Assembly: GCA_963797555.1 (NCBI GenBank) | Contig: CAWCPV010000016.1 | Location: 1-64,000 of the forward strand | DNA: 64,000 nt | DNA from: an uncultured Gammaproteobacteria bacterium | GTDB taxonomy: Bacteria > Pseudomonadota > Gammaproteobacteria > CAWCPV01 | Direction of reading: 5' to 3' | Shown: piece after piece, positions 1 to 9,718 of the stretch | How the letters are laid out: every line of letters starts with the position of its first letter | Numbering within the stretch: position 1 is the stretch's first letter | Made by a program: the position numbers and the translations under genes | The notes under the pieces: model-generated | Told to the model about the DNA's origin: nothing | The model's database searches: none | What the model saw: the letters and a program-made list of their open reading frames with translations, nothing else

Positions 1-7
1 CATGTCG

Positions 8-1342
8 TTATACACATCTCGGGCTCTGTGAGGCCCGTTGTGCGTCCATGGCGAGCACGAAGTCGCGGGTTCGCTGCAGCCCGATCCACAGGCTTTGCGG
101 ACCCGGGAAGCCGTCGCCCTTGCGATTGAGGAAGCCGCCGAAGCTCGCCACCATACGCACCATCGCATCGAGCGAGGGGGGTGTCTCAGGCGGGGGCTGG
201 CGCTTGGTGACGATATACACCGCGCGCCATTCCTCCTCGGCGAACACCACGTTGCAGGGCATCTGCGGGCAGTCGCGCCCGAGCAGGGTGAGGTAGAGCA
301 CCCGCCAGGCGATGATGAGGTAGAAGGCGAGCGCGGGCTCCAGGCGTTCGAGGGTCTCGAGCTGCAGCTTCTCGATGCGGCAGCCGCTTTTGAGGATCTT
401 GAAGAACACCTCGATTTGCCACCGGCAGAGGTACCATTGGAGCTTCTCCAGGGCCTGCTCGGCGGTCTCGACGGGGAGGCTGGTGAGGAGCAGCCACTCG
501 ATGGGCTCCTCGCCCTGGGGCGGGTCCACCTCGCGGGCCAGCACGGCGCTCACCTCGATGTCCGCCAGGGTGCGGTCCGAGCGATGCGGGGCCTTGAAAG
601 TGAGGCGTGCGACGCGCAGTTGCTGGTGGATGCGCCGCGCCGGACGCCTAGCGGTGGCGGGCAGGTCGAATTCGGCCTCGGCCAGCACCGGCGCGCTTGC
701 GAGCCGGGCGCGCTCGGCGCGGATGAGCCACTCGGCGCAGGGCTGCGTGGCGGCGCGTTCCGCGAGCACCTCGTAGATGTCGGCCTCGCGGTCGGCGACA
801 TAGACCAACTGGGTCTCGGGCAGGGACTCGATGAGCTCCGAGACGCGTCGATAACCCTCCAGCCAGCGCAGGCTCTCTTTTTCCTCGATGGGCCGGCGGC
901 CCTGCTCCTTGCCCAGACTGCCCGCCTCGCGGGTCCAGCTCCATAGATCCAATAGCCCCAAGGGCACCCGCTCGGGGGTCACGGCGAGGGTGGGGTGCAG
1001 GTACAATCCACGGCGGGTCTCGTAGTTGAGCGGGCCCAGCCCGACGATGTCGTTCTTGCCGCTATAGTCCCCTTCCGTGGTGTCTTGGATGCACAGCACC
1101 ACCGAGTATTCGCGCATACGCTGCTCGGTGCAGGCGTAATGGGGCTCGAGCACCGCCTGGGCGGTGACCTGGGGATGGTCGAACAGCCGATAAGCCGCCA
1201 AGGTCTCGGCCCAGCCGCCACAGGCGGTGGGAATGCTCTGCATGGGATGGGCTCCCAGCTTCTCCAGGGTGCGTCGCGCCCGGCGGTTGAGGCGCGCATC
1301 ACCCAAGTCGATGGCGGCCAGCTCCTCGGCCAGGGCATTCAT
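8..1342 (-). CDS. IS4 family (IS50/Tn5-like) transposase
   Basis: LGDARLNRR N-terminus; DDE motifs IQDTT, VADREAD and YLCRWQIEVFFKILKSGC; C-terminal GGFLNRKGDGFPG dimerisation motif. Confidence 0.93.
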   Translation of the reverse strand: MNALAEELAAIDLGDARLNRRARRTLEKLGAHPMQSIPTACGGWAETLAAYRLFDHPQVTAQAVLEPHYACTEQRMREYSVVLCIQDTTEGDYSGKNDIVGLGPLNYETRRGLYLHPTLAVTPERVPLGLLDLWSWTREAGSLGKEQGRRPIEEKESLRWLEGYRRVSELIESLPETQLVYVADREADIYEVLAERAATQPCAEWLIRAERARLASAPVLAEAEFDLPATARRPARRIHQQLRVARLTFKAPHRSDRTLADIEVSAVLAREVDPPQGEEPIEWLLLTSLPVETAEQALEKLQWYLCRWQIEVFFKILKSGCRIEKLQLETLERLEPALAFYLIIAWRVLYLTLLGRDCPQMPCNVVFAEEEWRAVYIVTKRQPPPETPPSLDAMVRMVASFGGFLNRKGDGFPGPQSLWIGLQRTRDFVLAMDAQRASQSPRCV

Positions 1343-2211
1343 GCGGCTCCCCCGAGCGCCCGGCGAAAGCGGCCATCGAGCGGATACACATAGACATCCT
1401 TGATGGGCAGCGCCTCACGGTCGAGCTTGCCCCGCCCGGTGGTCTGCCCCAGATGATGCCAGTTGGCCGCCCGGTAGCAGGTGCCCGCGAACCGGCCGGC
1501 CTCGACAAAGGTCTCCAGCAGCACCGGGCGTACCCCGTAGCGCTCTTCGAACTCGCCCGGCACCTGCCGCGCGGCCCGCCCGAGGACCTTGGAGGCCAGG
1601 TTCGCCACCCGCACCCACGGCAGAATGAGAAACCGCGCATGGTTCAGCACCTGCCCCAGGTGCTGCGCACGGCTTGGCGCATCCCAGCCAATCCAGCGGT
1701 CGCGCACGCCCACCTTCCAGGCCGCGGCCCCGAAGCCCATGGCCCCCACCACACCCCCGTCCCAGCGAATCAGATAGCGCAGCTGGGCACCGGGCAGCGG
1801 CCGGTAGCCCAAATAATGGTACCGGTCGATGAGCCCATTCCACAGCGCCGAGTCCGCCGGGTCAGCAACCGGCGCCAAGTGCAGACCCTGCAAATCCCGC
1901 ACTGCGCCCACCACCGGTACCTCAGCGGGCCAATCTTGCGGCTCGCGCGACAGCCCCTTCCCATTGCCGTTACCGTTGCGCGGCGCCGGCAGCTCGATCC
2001 AGCCTGCCCGATGCAGCCGCAGCAGCCCGACTCGACAGCTCATCAGCTTGGGCCTACCGGCTGCATCGGTCCACCCCAGCACCCGACACACCCGCCGCGC
2101 CACCTCGGCTCGCACTCGGGGCTCCGCCAGCCGAGCCTCCCGCCGTATGCTCTCAAGCTCCCCCGCGCTCAGCACGCGCCCACCCAACCACCTCGGCAAC
2201 CCCTTCTCCAT
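1339..2211 (-). CDS. DUF4338 / DruA-like domain protein carried inside the IS
   Basis: Motifs RYHYLGYRPLPGAQLRY, RFLILPWVRVANLAS and LLETFVEAGRFAGTCYRAANW. Stop overlaps the transposase ATG (ATGA). Confidence 0.85.
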   Translation of the reverse strand: MEKGLPRWLGGRVLSAGELESIRREARLAEPRVRAEVARRVCRVLGWTDAAGRPKLMSCRVGLLRLHRAGWIELPAPRNGNGNGKGLSREPQDWPAEVPVVGAVRDLQGLHLAPVADPADSALWNGLIDRYHYLGYRPLPGAQLRYLIRWDGGVVGAMGFGAAAWKVGVRDRWIGWDAPSRAQHLGQVLNHARFLILPWVRVANLASKVLGRAARQVPGEFEERYGVRPVLLETFVEAGRFAGTCYRAANWHHLGQTTGRGKLDREALPIKDVYVYPLDGRFRRALGGAA

Positions 2212-2320
2212 CTGCTCCCCCTCGTCACCTGGTGAACGATGGGGGCATTGAATCAGCTTCCGGGGGCTGTGTCCAGAGGGGCAGCAGCCCTAGCTACGGG
2301 GAGATGTGTATAACGCCATG

Positions 2321-3072
2321 GCTCTGCCGAGCTGCGCCTTGGTTGCCTGGAGCGATTTTATCAGCGCTCGGCGCTCAGGATTGGGAACCATCCGCTCAGG
2401 ATCGGCTGGTTCGGTGGCATAGGTGCTCAAGTGGTCGATGTTGAATTCGTCCTGCAGGTATTTGAAGAAGTTCTCTTGGCGCCAACGGCCGAACATGCGA
2501 TGGGCGATCTCTGCGGCAGGTAAGTCCTGCCGGGTCGTCAGGATCGCGCTCTGATGTCCGTTTTTGCATAAGCGGCGGATCTCGCGCATCCACAAGGCGG
2601 GTTGTTTGCGATTGGCAGCGATGACCTGCACGCTGCACTCGGCCAGACTATAGGTCACAGACTTACCGTGGTGCTCGACGCTTAAGGGGCGGAAGTCCTC
2701 CGGGTCCCAGGGCGTTTGTTTACCCTTGCGATACGTGATGACTTCGGCCCCTTGGCTGTGCCACTGCTGGAAGGACTGGGGGCTCCAAGCCTCACGGTCA
2801 AACACCAAGGTCAGCGTCCGGTCGGGGCCGATCTGCTGGCGCGCCTGGGGAATGACCTCCTGCTCGATCAGCGCCAAGAGGTGTCCATTGAGGGGGCTGG
2901 TGACGAAGAACACCGGCTCGGCCGCTCCGTTATGCACCCAAACATCCGTCGAGGCGGGCAGACACTGGCGGCGTTTCTGCACCAACGTCTTAGGCAGCGG
3001 ATGCTTGCGCCCCGTGTAGGCATGGACGTGACCGTCGACGTACAGTATGCCCAGCTCATCGGGCTCCCCCTG
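2321..3072 (-). pseudogene. Internal fragment of a second DDE transposase, truncated by the IS4 element
   Basis: LYVDGHVHAY, LVFDREAWS and RWRQENFFKY motifs; no N- or C-terminus of its own. Confidence 0.7.
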
Positions 3073-3827
3073 CGCCGTAAGGTCATGGAACAGGCTGATG
3101 TAGTGCTGTCCACGCCGGGCAGCGGTCTCGTCCAGACCGATGGCGCGCACCTGGGAGTGGTCCTCCTGATCGCGGGCCCTGCCCACGTAGTGCTTGAGTA
3201 CCGCCCACAGGCGCTCATCGCCCACGCCCAGGTGCCGAGCCACGGTCGCCACCGGCATGGCCTGGCACAGCGTGACCACCAGCGCCTCCATCAGCGCCGT
3301 GAAGCCACTCTGTGCGCGCGCCCACGGCGCTTCGACCTGGGTCGTCTTGCCGCAGGCCTCGCAGCGCAATCGCGGCAGATGCGCGTGCAGGTACGCCCGT
3401 GACTTAAAGAAGCTCAGGTGCTGCCAACTGCGCTCCCGGGTGTCGTGCACCGGCTGGCCTTGCGCTCCGCAGGCCGGGCAGGCAAAGCGGCTGCCCTTGG
3501 CAAACGCCACATCGAGGTCGATGCGCCCAGCCTCGGGGTCGAACCGCACGTCGGTGACCTCCCAAGGCACCGTCAGGCCCAGTGCCGTGGTAAACAGATG
3601 CGTGGGCTGCACGGTGCTCCCCCCTTGGATGACGGCCTGTGGATTTGTGGACGAGTCCTGCGGAGCGGCCCGCGTCCCAAGGACCGTGTGGACAACCTCC
3701 CGGTTGCCCACACTCGCGGGCCTCTCGCCCACAACCCCACAAGCCCAACCACAAGATGTTGTGATAAGCGACCAGTCAGGGCAGATGCTACTTCACCACC
3801 GCGACCCACACAATTTCCGAAAGAGCC
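3073..3827 (-). mobile_element. ISL3-family element, left end and 5' part of the transposase
   Basis: ISL3-type end GGCTCTTTCGGAAAT at 3827; zinc finger CPACG...CEACG, HTH and IGLDETAARRGQHY. Likely start GTG 3612. Confidence 0.85.
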
Positions 3828-4586
3828 CATTAGGGTCTTCGTCCTCTCCGACCGATATGGTCGCGGGGTCGGATTGTCGACTGTCTGCGCGTTTTCTCCC
3901 GCCAGTTTGCAGATCATGCGTGGCGGCGCGGTGTACAGCTCCGATCTCTCTGGACACGAGGAGAAATAATAGTCGATGTGTCGTGGAGAGGAGATCGGAG
4001 ATCAGAGATGGCCAAGCAGTTCACGTTGAGCGCGGAGCAGTGTTCGCAGCTTTCGCTGCGGGTGTTGAACAAAGCGGAGCCGGCAGCAGATCGCGCGCCG
4101 AGCTGGGGTGTCTGAACAGAGCCGCTGGCGTGACGAGTTTCTCAGCGGCGGCGAGCAGGCGCTGGCCGGGGGCTGGGCGTGACCACCAGGCAGGTCTGCC
4201 GGGAGTTCGAGGCGCTGGCTCACGAGGTGCGACCCCCACTGAGCATTGCTCCCCGTCGGCAGGGGGCGATTCATTCGCTCCGGCTGATGTGTATGTACAT
4301 GGGCGAGCGGTCCAACTGTCAAAGTGGCAAGATTGGCGAAAGCAGCAACAGAGACGCTGAAGCAGATGCTCGGAAACGCTTAGTCTACCCCTCGGGCGCC
4401 GTGGCATCGGTCACCTGATGCCGGTGAGCACTCTTCACAAGATCAGGTCGGACGTGTCCACTTGACTTCGGAGCCAAGACAGCCCATCCACCATCACGCC
4501 TTCGCCGTTTTCGTTCCGGCAGACCACAACAGAGGCAACCAGTTGAGCAGGCTGCGCGGGCTGCCGCAGGTTGCGGTAGCGAAAGT

Positions 4587-4748
4587 GCGACGAGACCTAT
4601 CCAGTGGATAGGCGAGGAGCGACCGAATGGCAGGACAGCCATTCGGCACGTCCGCGGGACGCCCCGAAGGGGTGGTGTACAGGGAGGTACGCCATGAACA
4701 CCGTACAACCCCCCTATCGCGACGCGCAGCAGATTTATTTACAAGCTC
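4587..4748. repeat. Partial copy of the MITE at 26940-27154
   Basis: About 160 bp closely similar to 26995-27154, ending in ...ATTTACAAGCTC followed by TCA. Left terminal repeat not recognisable. Confidence 0.8.
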
Positions 4749-4775
4749 TCAACTCCCAAACGGGGATCAAAGTCT

Positions 4776-6086
4776 ATGCCCGAGCCACCTAATCGGTCGA
4801 AGAGTCCCTCCCATCATGTTCCCCGCGGGCGGTTGCCCCTGCTCTTGGTGGCCGGCCTGGCGCTGCTCGCCGGCGTCCTCCTCCAGCGCGAGGTCCTGAG
4901 CCGCTTGATTCCCTCCAGCGCCATTCCGCCGAGGGCGCGGTCGGACTTCCGGCTGATGGCGCAGGCGTGGAATACGATCGAACATGTCTACGTGGACAGA
5001 GCGGCCGTTCAGCCGCGTCCCATGACATACGGCGCCATCGGCGGGATGGTGGATGCCCTCGGGGACACCGGGCATAGTCGGTTCTTGAGCCCCAAGATGG
5101 CGAAGCTGGAGCAGGACTATTCCGAGGGTCGACTCATCGGGATCGGAGCTGAGCTGCGGGTCCGCGCCGGGCACGTCGTGGTGGTCGCGCCGTTGGACGG
5201 ATCGCCCGCACAGCACGCGGGTCTTCGCCCGGGCGACATCATTGTCAAGGTGGACGGCGAGGACACCGCCGGTCTGCCGCTAGGCGAGGTGGTGGAGCAC
5301 ATCACCGGGCCGGCTGGTACTCAGGTCACCTTGACCATCAGGGATCTGGCCTCCGATGTGCAGCGCGACATCACGCTCCGCAGAGCGCGTATCACCCTGC
5401 ACAACGTGACCTGGCAGCACCTGCCGGACAGTACCCTCGCCCATCTGCGCCTCGCCGCTTTCAGCAAGGGGGTCAGCGATGGCCTGCGCGGCGTGCTGTC
5501 CGAAATCCAAGGCCAGGGCCTGACGGGTATCATCCTGGATCTGCGCAACAACGCCGGCGGACTCCTCGATGAGGCAGTCAGCACGGCAAGCGAGTTTCTT
5601 TCGGGAGGCAACGTGCTCCTCGAGAAAAACGCCGGCGGCGAGATCACCAAGATACCGGTCGCTCGGACGGTGAAGAAGACGACTCTCCCGCTGGTTGTCC
5701 TGGTCAACAGTGGCACGGCGAGCGCGGCGGAGATCGTGGCTGGCGCATTGCAGGATGCTCAACGCGCAGTGCTCGTGGGTCAGACCACCTTCGGGACCGG
5801 GACGGTGCTGGGACAGTTCCGTCTATCCGATGGCTCGATGCTGCTCCTCGCCGTGGAGGAATGGCTGACTCCGACCGGCCACACTATCTGGCACAAGGGC
5901 ATCCAGCCGGATGTCGTCGCGCCGCTGCCGGAGGGTGTCGGCCCGCTCCTCCCGGCCGCCGAGCGGGATATGACAGCCCCCCAGATCCGATCGAGCAGGG
6001 ACACCCAGCTTCTCAGGGCGATGGATCTGCTCACGCTCGGCAAGGGCGCGCGGGCTGCCCCGCCGGCTAAGGCCAGTCGGGACTGA
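4776..6086 (+). CDS. S41 carboxyl-terminal processing protease (CtpA/Prc-like)
   Basis: N-terminal TM, PDZ domain (GIGAEL...GLRPGDII), LDLRNNAGG and TASAAEIVAGALQD motifs. Confidence 0.92.
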   Translation: MPEPPNRSKSPSHHVPRGRLPLLLVAGLALLAGVLLQREVLSRLIPSSAIPPRARSDFRLMAQAWNTIEHVYVDRAAVQPRPMTYGAIGGMVDALGDTGHSRFLSPKMAKLEQDYSEGRLIGIGAELRVRAGHVVVVAPLDGSPAQHAGLRPGDIIVKVDGEDTAGLPLGEVVEHITGPAGTQVTLTIRDLASDVQRDITLRRARITLHNVTWQHLPDSTLAHLRLAAFSKGVSDGLRGVLSEIQGQGLTGIILDLRNNAGGLLDEAVSTASEFLSGGNVLLEKNAGGEITKIPVARTVKKTTLPLVVLVNSGTASAAEIVAGALQDAQRAVLVGQTTFGTGTVLGQFRLSDGSMLLLAVEEWLTPTGHTIWHKGIQPDVVAPLPEGVGPLLPAAERDMTAPQIRSSRDTQLLRAMDLLTLGKGARAAPPAKASRD

Positions 6087-6135
6087 CCGGCACCGCCCGC
6101 AGGCATCTACGCAGCCATGCGGTTCCGGTCACGGG

Positions 6136-6861
6136 TCAACGCGTCTGCCGCTCCGCGCGCGGGGGACGGGGGTATACAGACGCCAGGAGCACCGCCAGGA
6201 CCCCCGCCAGGAATATGCCGTCGAAGGTGCCTGCGCCTCCTATCGACGCGATCGGCGCCTGCAGGCCGGAAATGCCGTCGAGATTCAGGAGATCGGCTCC
6301 CAGCAACGTGCCAAGGCTCCCACAGATGTAGGCCAAGGGCGCCGCGTAACGCCCGGAGAGCAGCAACGCAACGCCCGCTGCGACCAGAGGGGGCACGAAC
6401 ATCGGCACCGCGATTCCGACTCCGCGCACGGGATGCGCCAGCAGGTGCACGACCACTGCCATGACGGCCATGCCCAAGATGGCGCGGCCGAATATGCGGT
6501 TCTTGAACATGAGATACAGCGACAGCAACGTAGGGATCACTGCTCCCCCAACGTTCACCGCGATCACGGTGCGCTGGACGTGGATGGCCGCCGGGATGAC
6601 GTAGCGGATGCCGAAGAAGGACACCTCCTGGGGCGGAACCAGTTGCTCCGAGAACATCTCTGCGACCGGGATGTTCACGTAGCTGCCCAGCAGCGAGAGC
6701 AGCAGGAGGACGTAGATGTACCGCGGATTGACTCCCATGCGCTCATAGGCGTACCCGAGGACCCCCACCTGGATGAAGGCGAGGAGGAATGCAAGCAGAA
6801 ACAACAGGCCAAGCAGGAAAGGCTGCGCCAGGGGAAACACGTGCATGACGGGCGAGTGCAT
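6136..6861 (-). CDS. DUF1614-family membrane protein
   Basis: GSYVNIPV, IAVNVGGAVIP and ASIGGAGTFDGIFL motifs; multiple TM helices. Confidence 0.85.
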   Translation of the reverse strand: MHSPVMHVFPLAQPFLLGLLFLLAFLLAFIQVGVLGYAYERMGVNPRYIYVLLLLSLLGSYVNIPVAEMFSEQLVPPQEVSFFGIRYVIPAAIHVQRTVIAVNVGGAVIPTLLSLYLMFKNRIFGRAILGMAVMAVVVHLLAHPVRGVGIAVPMFVPPLVAAGVALLLSGRYAAPLAYICGSLGTLLGADLLNLDGISGLQAPIASIGGAGTFDGIFLAGVLAVLLASVYPRPPRAERQTR

Positions 6862-7119
6862 GGAAGTCTCCTTGCTGTCTCAAGCAGTCTAGACCAGCGC
6901 CCGCGTTGCCGAACTTATCGGGCCGAAGAAGTCCCCGGCGGAAGCTCGGTACCACGCGCAACGAGCGCCTTTCACGCACCGCTATATCCATGTATACTAA
7001 TCAACTATTATTTGTGGTGAGGGGCCCAGGTTTACCTGGGCCCCTGCCGCGTTCTCAGAGCGTGTCCCGCGATGCCCTCGCTGCGCGCTCGGCTCGTGCC
7101 GCACAGAAGCTCACAAGCC

Positions 7120-8547
7120 ATGGACTTTCTCCCGATCTTCATGAACATGCGCGACCGGCTCGGTGTGGTCGTCGGGGGCGGCGACATTGCCGCCCGCAAA
7201 GTGTCGTTGTTGCTGCAAGCAGGCGCGAAAGTCAAGGTCGTCGCACCCGAGCTGGGCCGCACCCTGAGCCAATGGCTTGAGTCGGGTCGCATCGCCTGTC
7301 GGCTGGGCGCCTTCACGCCGACAGACCTGGACGGCTGTGCGGTGGCGATCGCGGCAACCGACGACCGGAGCGTGAACCGGCAGGTATCGGAGCTCGCACA
7401 GCGGCGACATATCCCGGTCAATGTCGTGGATCAGCCGGATCTCTGCAGCTTCATCATGCCTTCCATCATCGACCGTTCGCCCGTGGTGGTCGCGGTATCC
7501 ACGGGCGGGGCATCGCCGGTCCTGGCGCGCTTGCTCCGCGCCCGCCTCGAGACCATCATCCCGGCGGCATACGGCCGGCTCGCCAGTCTGGTCGAGGCGT
7601 TCCGCGACCGGGTGAAGCGCCGCTTCAGCTCCGGCGAACAGAGGCGAGCCTTCTGGGAGAACGTGTTGCAGGGGCCCATCGCGGAAATGGTGTTCGCCGG
7701 CCAGGACACCGCCGCGCATCATGCCCTGGACGCCGCCTTGACGGACCCGTCGCCCCAGCAGCCGGTGAAAGGGGAGGTGTACCTCGTCGGTGCCGGGCCC
7801 GGAGACCCGGATCTACTGACCTTCCGCGCCCTGCGGCTGATGCAGCAGGCGGACATCGTGGTGTATGACCGTCTGGTAGCCCCGCCCATCCTCGACTTGG
7901 TGCGCCGCGATGCGCAGCGCATATACGCGGGCAAGGAGCGGGACAACCATGCTCTTCCCCAGGAGGACATCAACGAGCTGTTGGTGCGCCTCGCCAAAGA
8001 GGGGAAACGGGTGCTGCGGCTCAAAGGAGGTGACCCGTTCATCTTCGGCCGTGGGGGGGAGGAGATCGCCACCCTGGCGGACGAACGCATCCCGTTCCAG
8101 GTGGTCCCAGGCATTACCGCAGCGTCGGGCTGCGCCGCATACGCCGGTATCCCGCTGACACACCGTGACTACGCCCAGTCCTGCGTGTTCGTCACCGGGC
8201 ACCTCCAGGACGGGACCGTCGACCTCAACTGGCCGGTGCTGGCACAGCCGCGTCAGACGGTGGTGTTCTACATGGGTCTGCACGGCACTGAGATTCTGTG
8301 TCGCGAGCTCGTCAAACACGGACTGCCGGCGGCGACCCCGGCAGCGATGGTACAGCGGGGGACCACTCCGAATCAGCGCATCCTCATCGGCACACTCGAG
8401 ACCTTACCGGGGCTGGTCAAGGCACGCGACGTGCGGCCCCCCACCTTGATCATCGTCGGCGGCGTGGTGAAGCTGCACGAGAAGCTTGCCTGGTTCGAGC
8501 CCGGCCCGGCCGAGGAGCCCGGCTCGCTGCGGCGCATGACCGCCTGA
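7120..8547 (+). CDS. cysG: Siroheme synthase (multifunctional CysG)
   Basis: MDFLPIF start, [11 protein letters not shown] dehydrogenase domain, [15 protein letters not shown] and [16 protein letters not shown] methyltransferase domain. Confidence 0.96.
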   Translation: MDFLPIFMNMRDRLGVVVGGGDIAARKVSLLLQAGAKVKVVAPELGRTLSQWLESGRIACRLGAFTPTDLDGCAVAIAATDDRSVNRQVSELAQRRHIPVNVVDQPDLCSFIMPSIIDRSPVVVAVSTGGASPVLARLLRARLETIIPAAYGRLASLVEAFRDRVKRRFSSGEQRRAFWENVLQGPIAEMVFAGQDTAAHHALDAALTDPSPQQPVKGEVYLVGAGPGDPDLLTFRALRLMQQADIVVYDRLVAPPILDLVRRDAQRIYAGKERDNHALPQEDINELLVRLAKEGKRVLRLKGGDPFIFGRGGEEIATLADERIPFQVVPGITAASGCAAYAGIPLTHRDYAQSCVFVTGHLQDGTVDLNWPVLAQPRQTVVFYMGLHGTEILCRELVKHGLPAATPAAMVQRGTTPNQRILIGTLETLPGLVKARDVRPPTLIIVGGVVKLHEKLAWFEPGPAEEPGSLRRMTA

Positions 8548-8559
8548 AGCGCTAACACC

Positions 8560-9024
8560 TCAACGACGCTCGAGCTGCTCGGCCCGCAGCTTGGGTGTAA
8601 AGTAACGCTCCGCCTCCTCCTCGTGTACGCGCCGGCCCCGGTAATCCACGAGGGGCTGCTGGTAGTCGTTCCAACCCCTCAAGCCGGTCTTCAGCGAGCA
8701 CACGCGCTCGAAGCCCAGCTCCTGCATGGTGCGGGCGGCCAGCACGCTGCGGTTGCCCGAGCGGCAGATCACGACGATCTCCCGGTCGCGCCCCGCCGCC
8801 AGCTCCGGGACCGTCTCCTCATACCCATACTCGCAGGCAGTCTCCAGGATGCCTCGCGGCACGTTGAGCGATCCCTCGATGCACATCGCCTGGAACTCGT
8901 ACGGCTCTCGCACGTCGAGCAGCAGCGAGTCGGGCTGCGACTGCTGCAGATCGCAGAGATCCCACGGGAATATCTCCCGCACCAGCGGAAGGCAGGCGTC
9001 AATGAGGTGCTGAAATCGTTTCAT
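8560..9024 (-). CDS. Rhodanese-like sulfurtransferase
   Basis: LLDVREPYEF and active-site loop ICRSGNRS. Confidence 0.9.
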   Translation of the reverse strand: MKRFQHLIDACLPLVREIFPWDLCDLQQSQPDSLLLDVREPYEFQAMCIEGSLNVPRGILETACEYGYEETVPELAAGRDREIVVICRSGNRSVLAARTMQELGFERVCSLKTGLRGWNDYQQPLVDYRGRRVHEEEAERYFTPKLRAEQLERR

Positions 9025-9069
9025 GGCACTGTCGTTGTGCCGCGTCGCCGGCGATCTGCCCGGCCACTC

Positions 9070-9714
9070 CTAGGCTTTCTGGGCGAACCCATGCTCCACG
9101 GCCATGACGGCCGCCGCCACCCGGGAATGGACTCCGAGCTTGCGCAGGATAGCCTTGACGTGGAGCTTGACGGTCCCGTCGGAGATACCCAGCCGGCGGG
9201 CGATCATCTTGTTGCTCTGTCCTTCCGCCAAGTGGTGCAGGATCTCCGTTTCCCGCGGGGTCAAGTCCGCCAGCAGCTTATGCTCTGGGGCAGGCGGTGT
9301 CGCGCCGCGGACGGCGCTCACCAGTGCACGCGTCATGTCCGGCGCCACCACCAGCTTGCCGCCCACGATCTCCTGAAGAGCGCTCACCAGCTCATCGGGC
9401 TCCATGTCCTTGAGCAGATAACCCTGTGCGCCCCTGCGCAGGGCCTCCACCAAGTCCCGCTCGTCGCCGCTGGTGGTGAGCATCACCACGGGCATGCGCA
9501 GGCCACTACGGCGGATGCGCCGTAAAACGTCCAGGCCATCCATCTGGGGCATACGCAGGTCGAGCAGCACCACGTCCGGCGAAGTCTCCCGCGCAAGCTG
9601 CAGACCCTCCTGTCCGCTGCCGACAGCCCCCACCACCTGGATGCCGCGCCGCTCCAGCAGCCCTTGCAACCCGATTCGGAACAGGGCATGGTCATCGACG
9701 ACCAGAATGCGCAC
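9070..9714 (-). CDS. NarL/LuxR-family response regulator
   Basis: REC domain (VDDH, LLDLRMP, GYLLK) plus LuxR HTH (LTPRETEIL...GTVKLHV). Confidence 0.95.
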   Translation of the reverse strand: MRILVVDDHALFRIGLQGLLERRGIQVVGAVGSGQEGLQLARETSPDVVLLDLRMPQMDGLDVLRRIRRSGLRMPVVMLTTSGDERDLVEALRRGAQGYLLKDMEPDELVSALQEIVGGKLVVAPDMTRALVSAVRGATPPAPEHKLLADLTPRETEILHHLAEGQSNKMIARRLGISDGTVKLHVKAILRKLGVHSRVAAAVMAVEHGFAQKA

Positions 9715-9718
9715 CGGC

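Larger units (their letters stand above)
1..2320 (-). mobile_element. IS4-family (IS50/Tn5-like) insertion sequence with two ORFs
   Basis: 20-bp terminal inverted repeats CATGTCGTTATACACATCTC (1-20) and GAGATGTGTATAACGCCATG (2301-2320), one mismatch. They enclose a Tn5-like transposase and a DUF4338 ORF. Confidence 0.9.

Noticed and set aside
1-20. Similarity to the Tn5 mosaic end / Nextera adapter (TTATACACATCT)
   Set aside because: A matching inverted copy lies at 2301-2320 around an IS50-like transposase, and the outer bases differ from the adapter, so it is a genuine TIR.
1339-2211. Complete Druantia defence system
   Set aside because: Only the DUF4338 gene is present, inside an IS; no DruE helicase or other dru genes.
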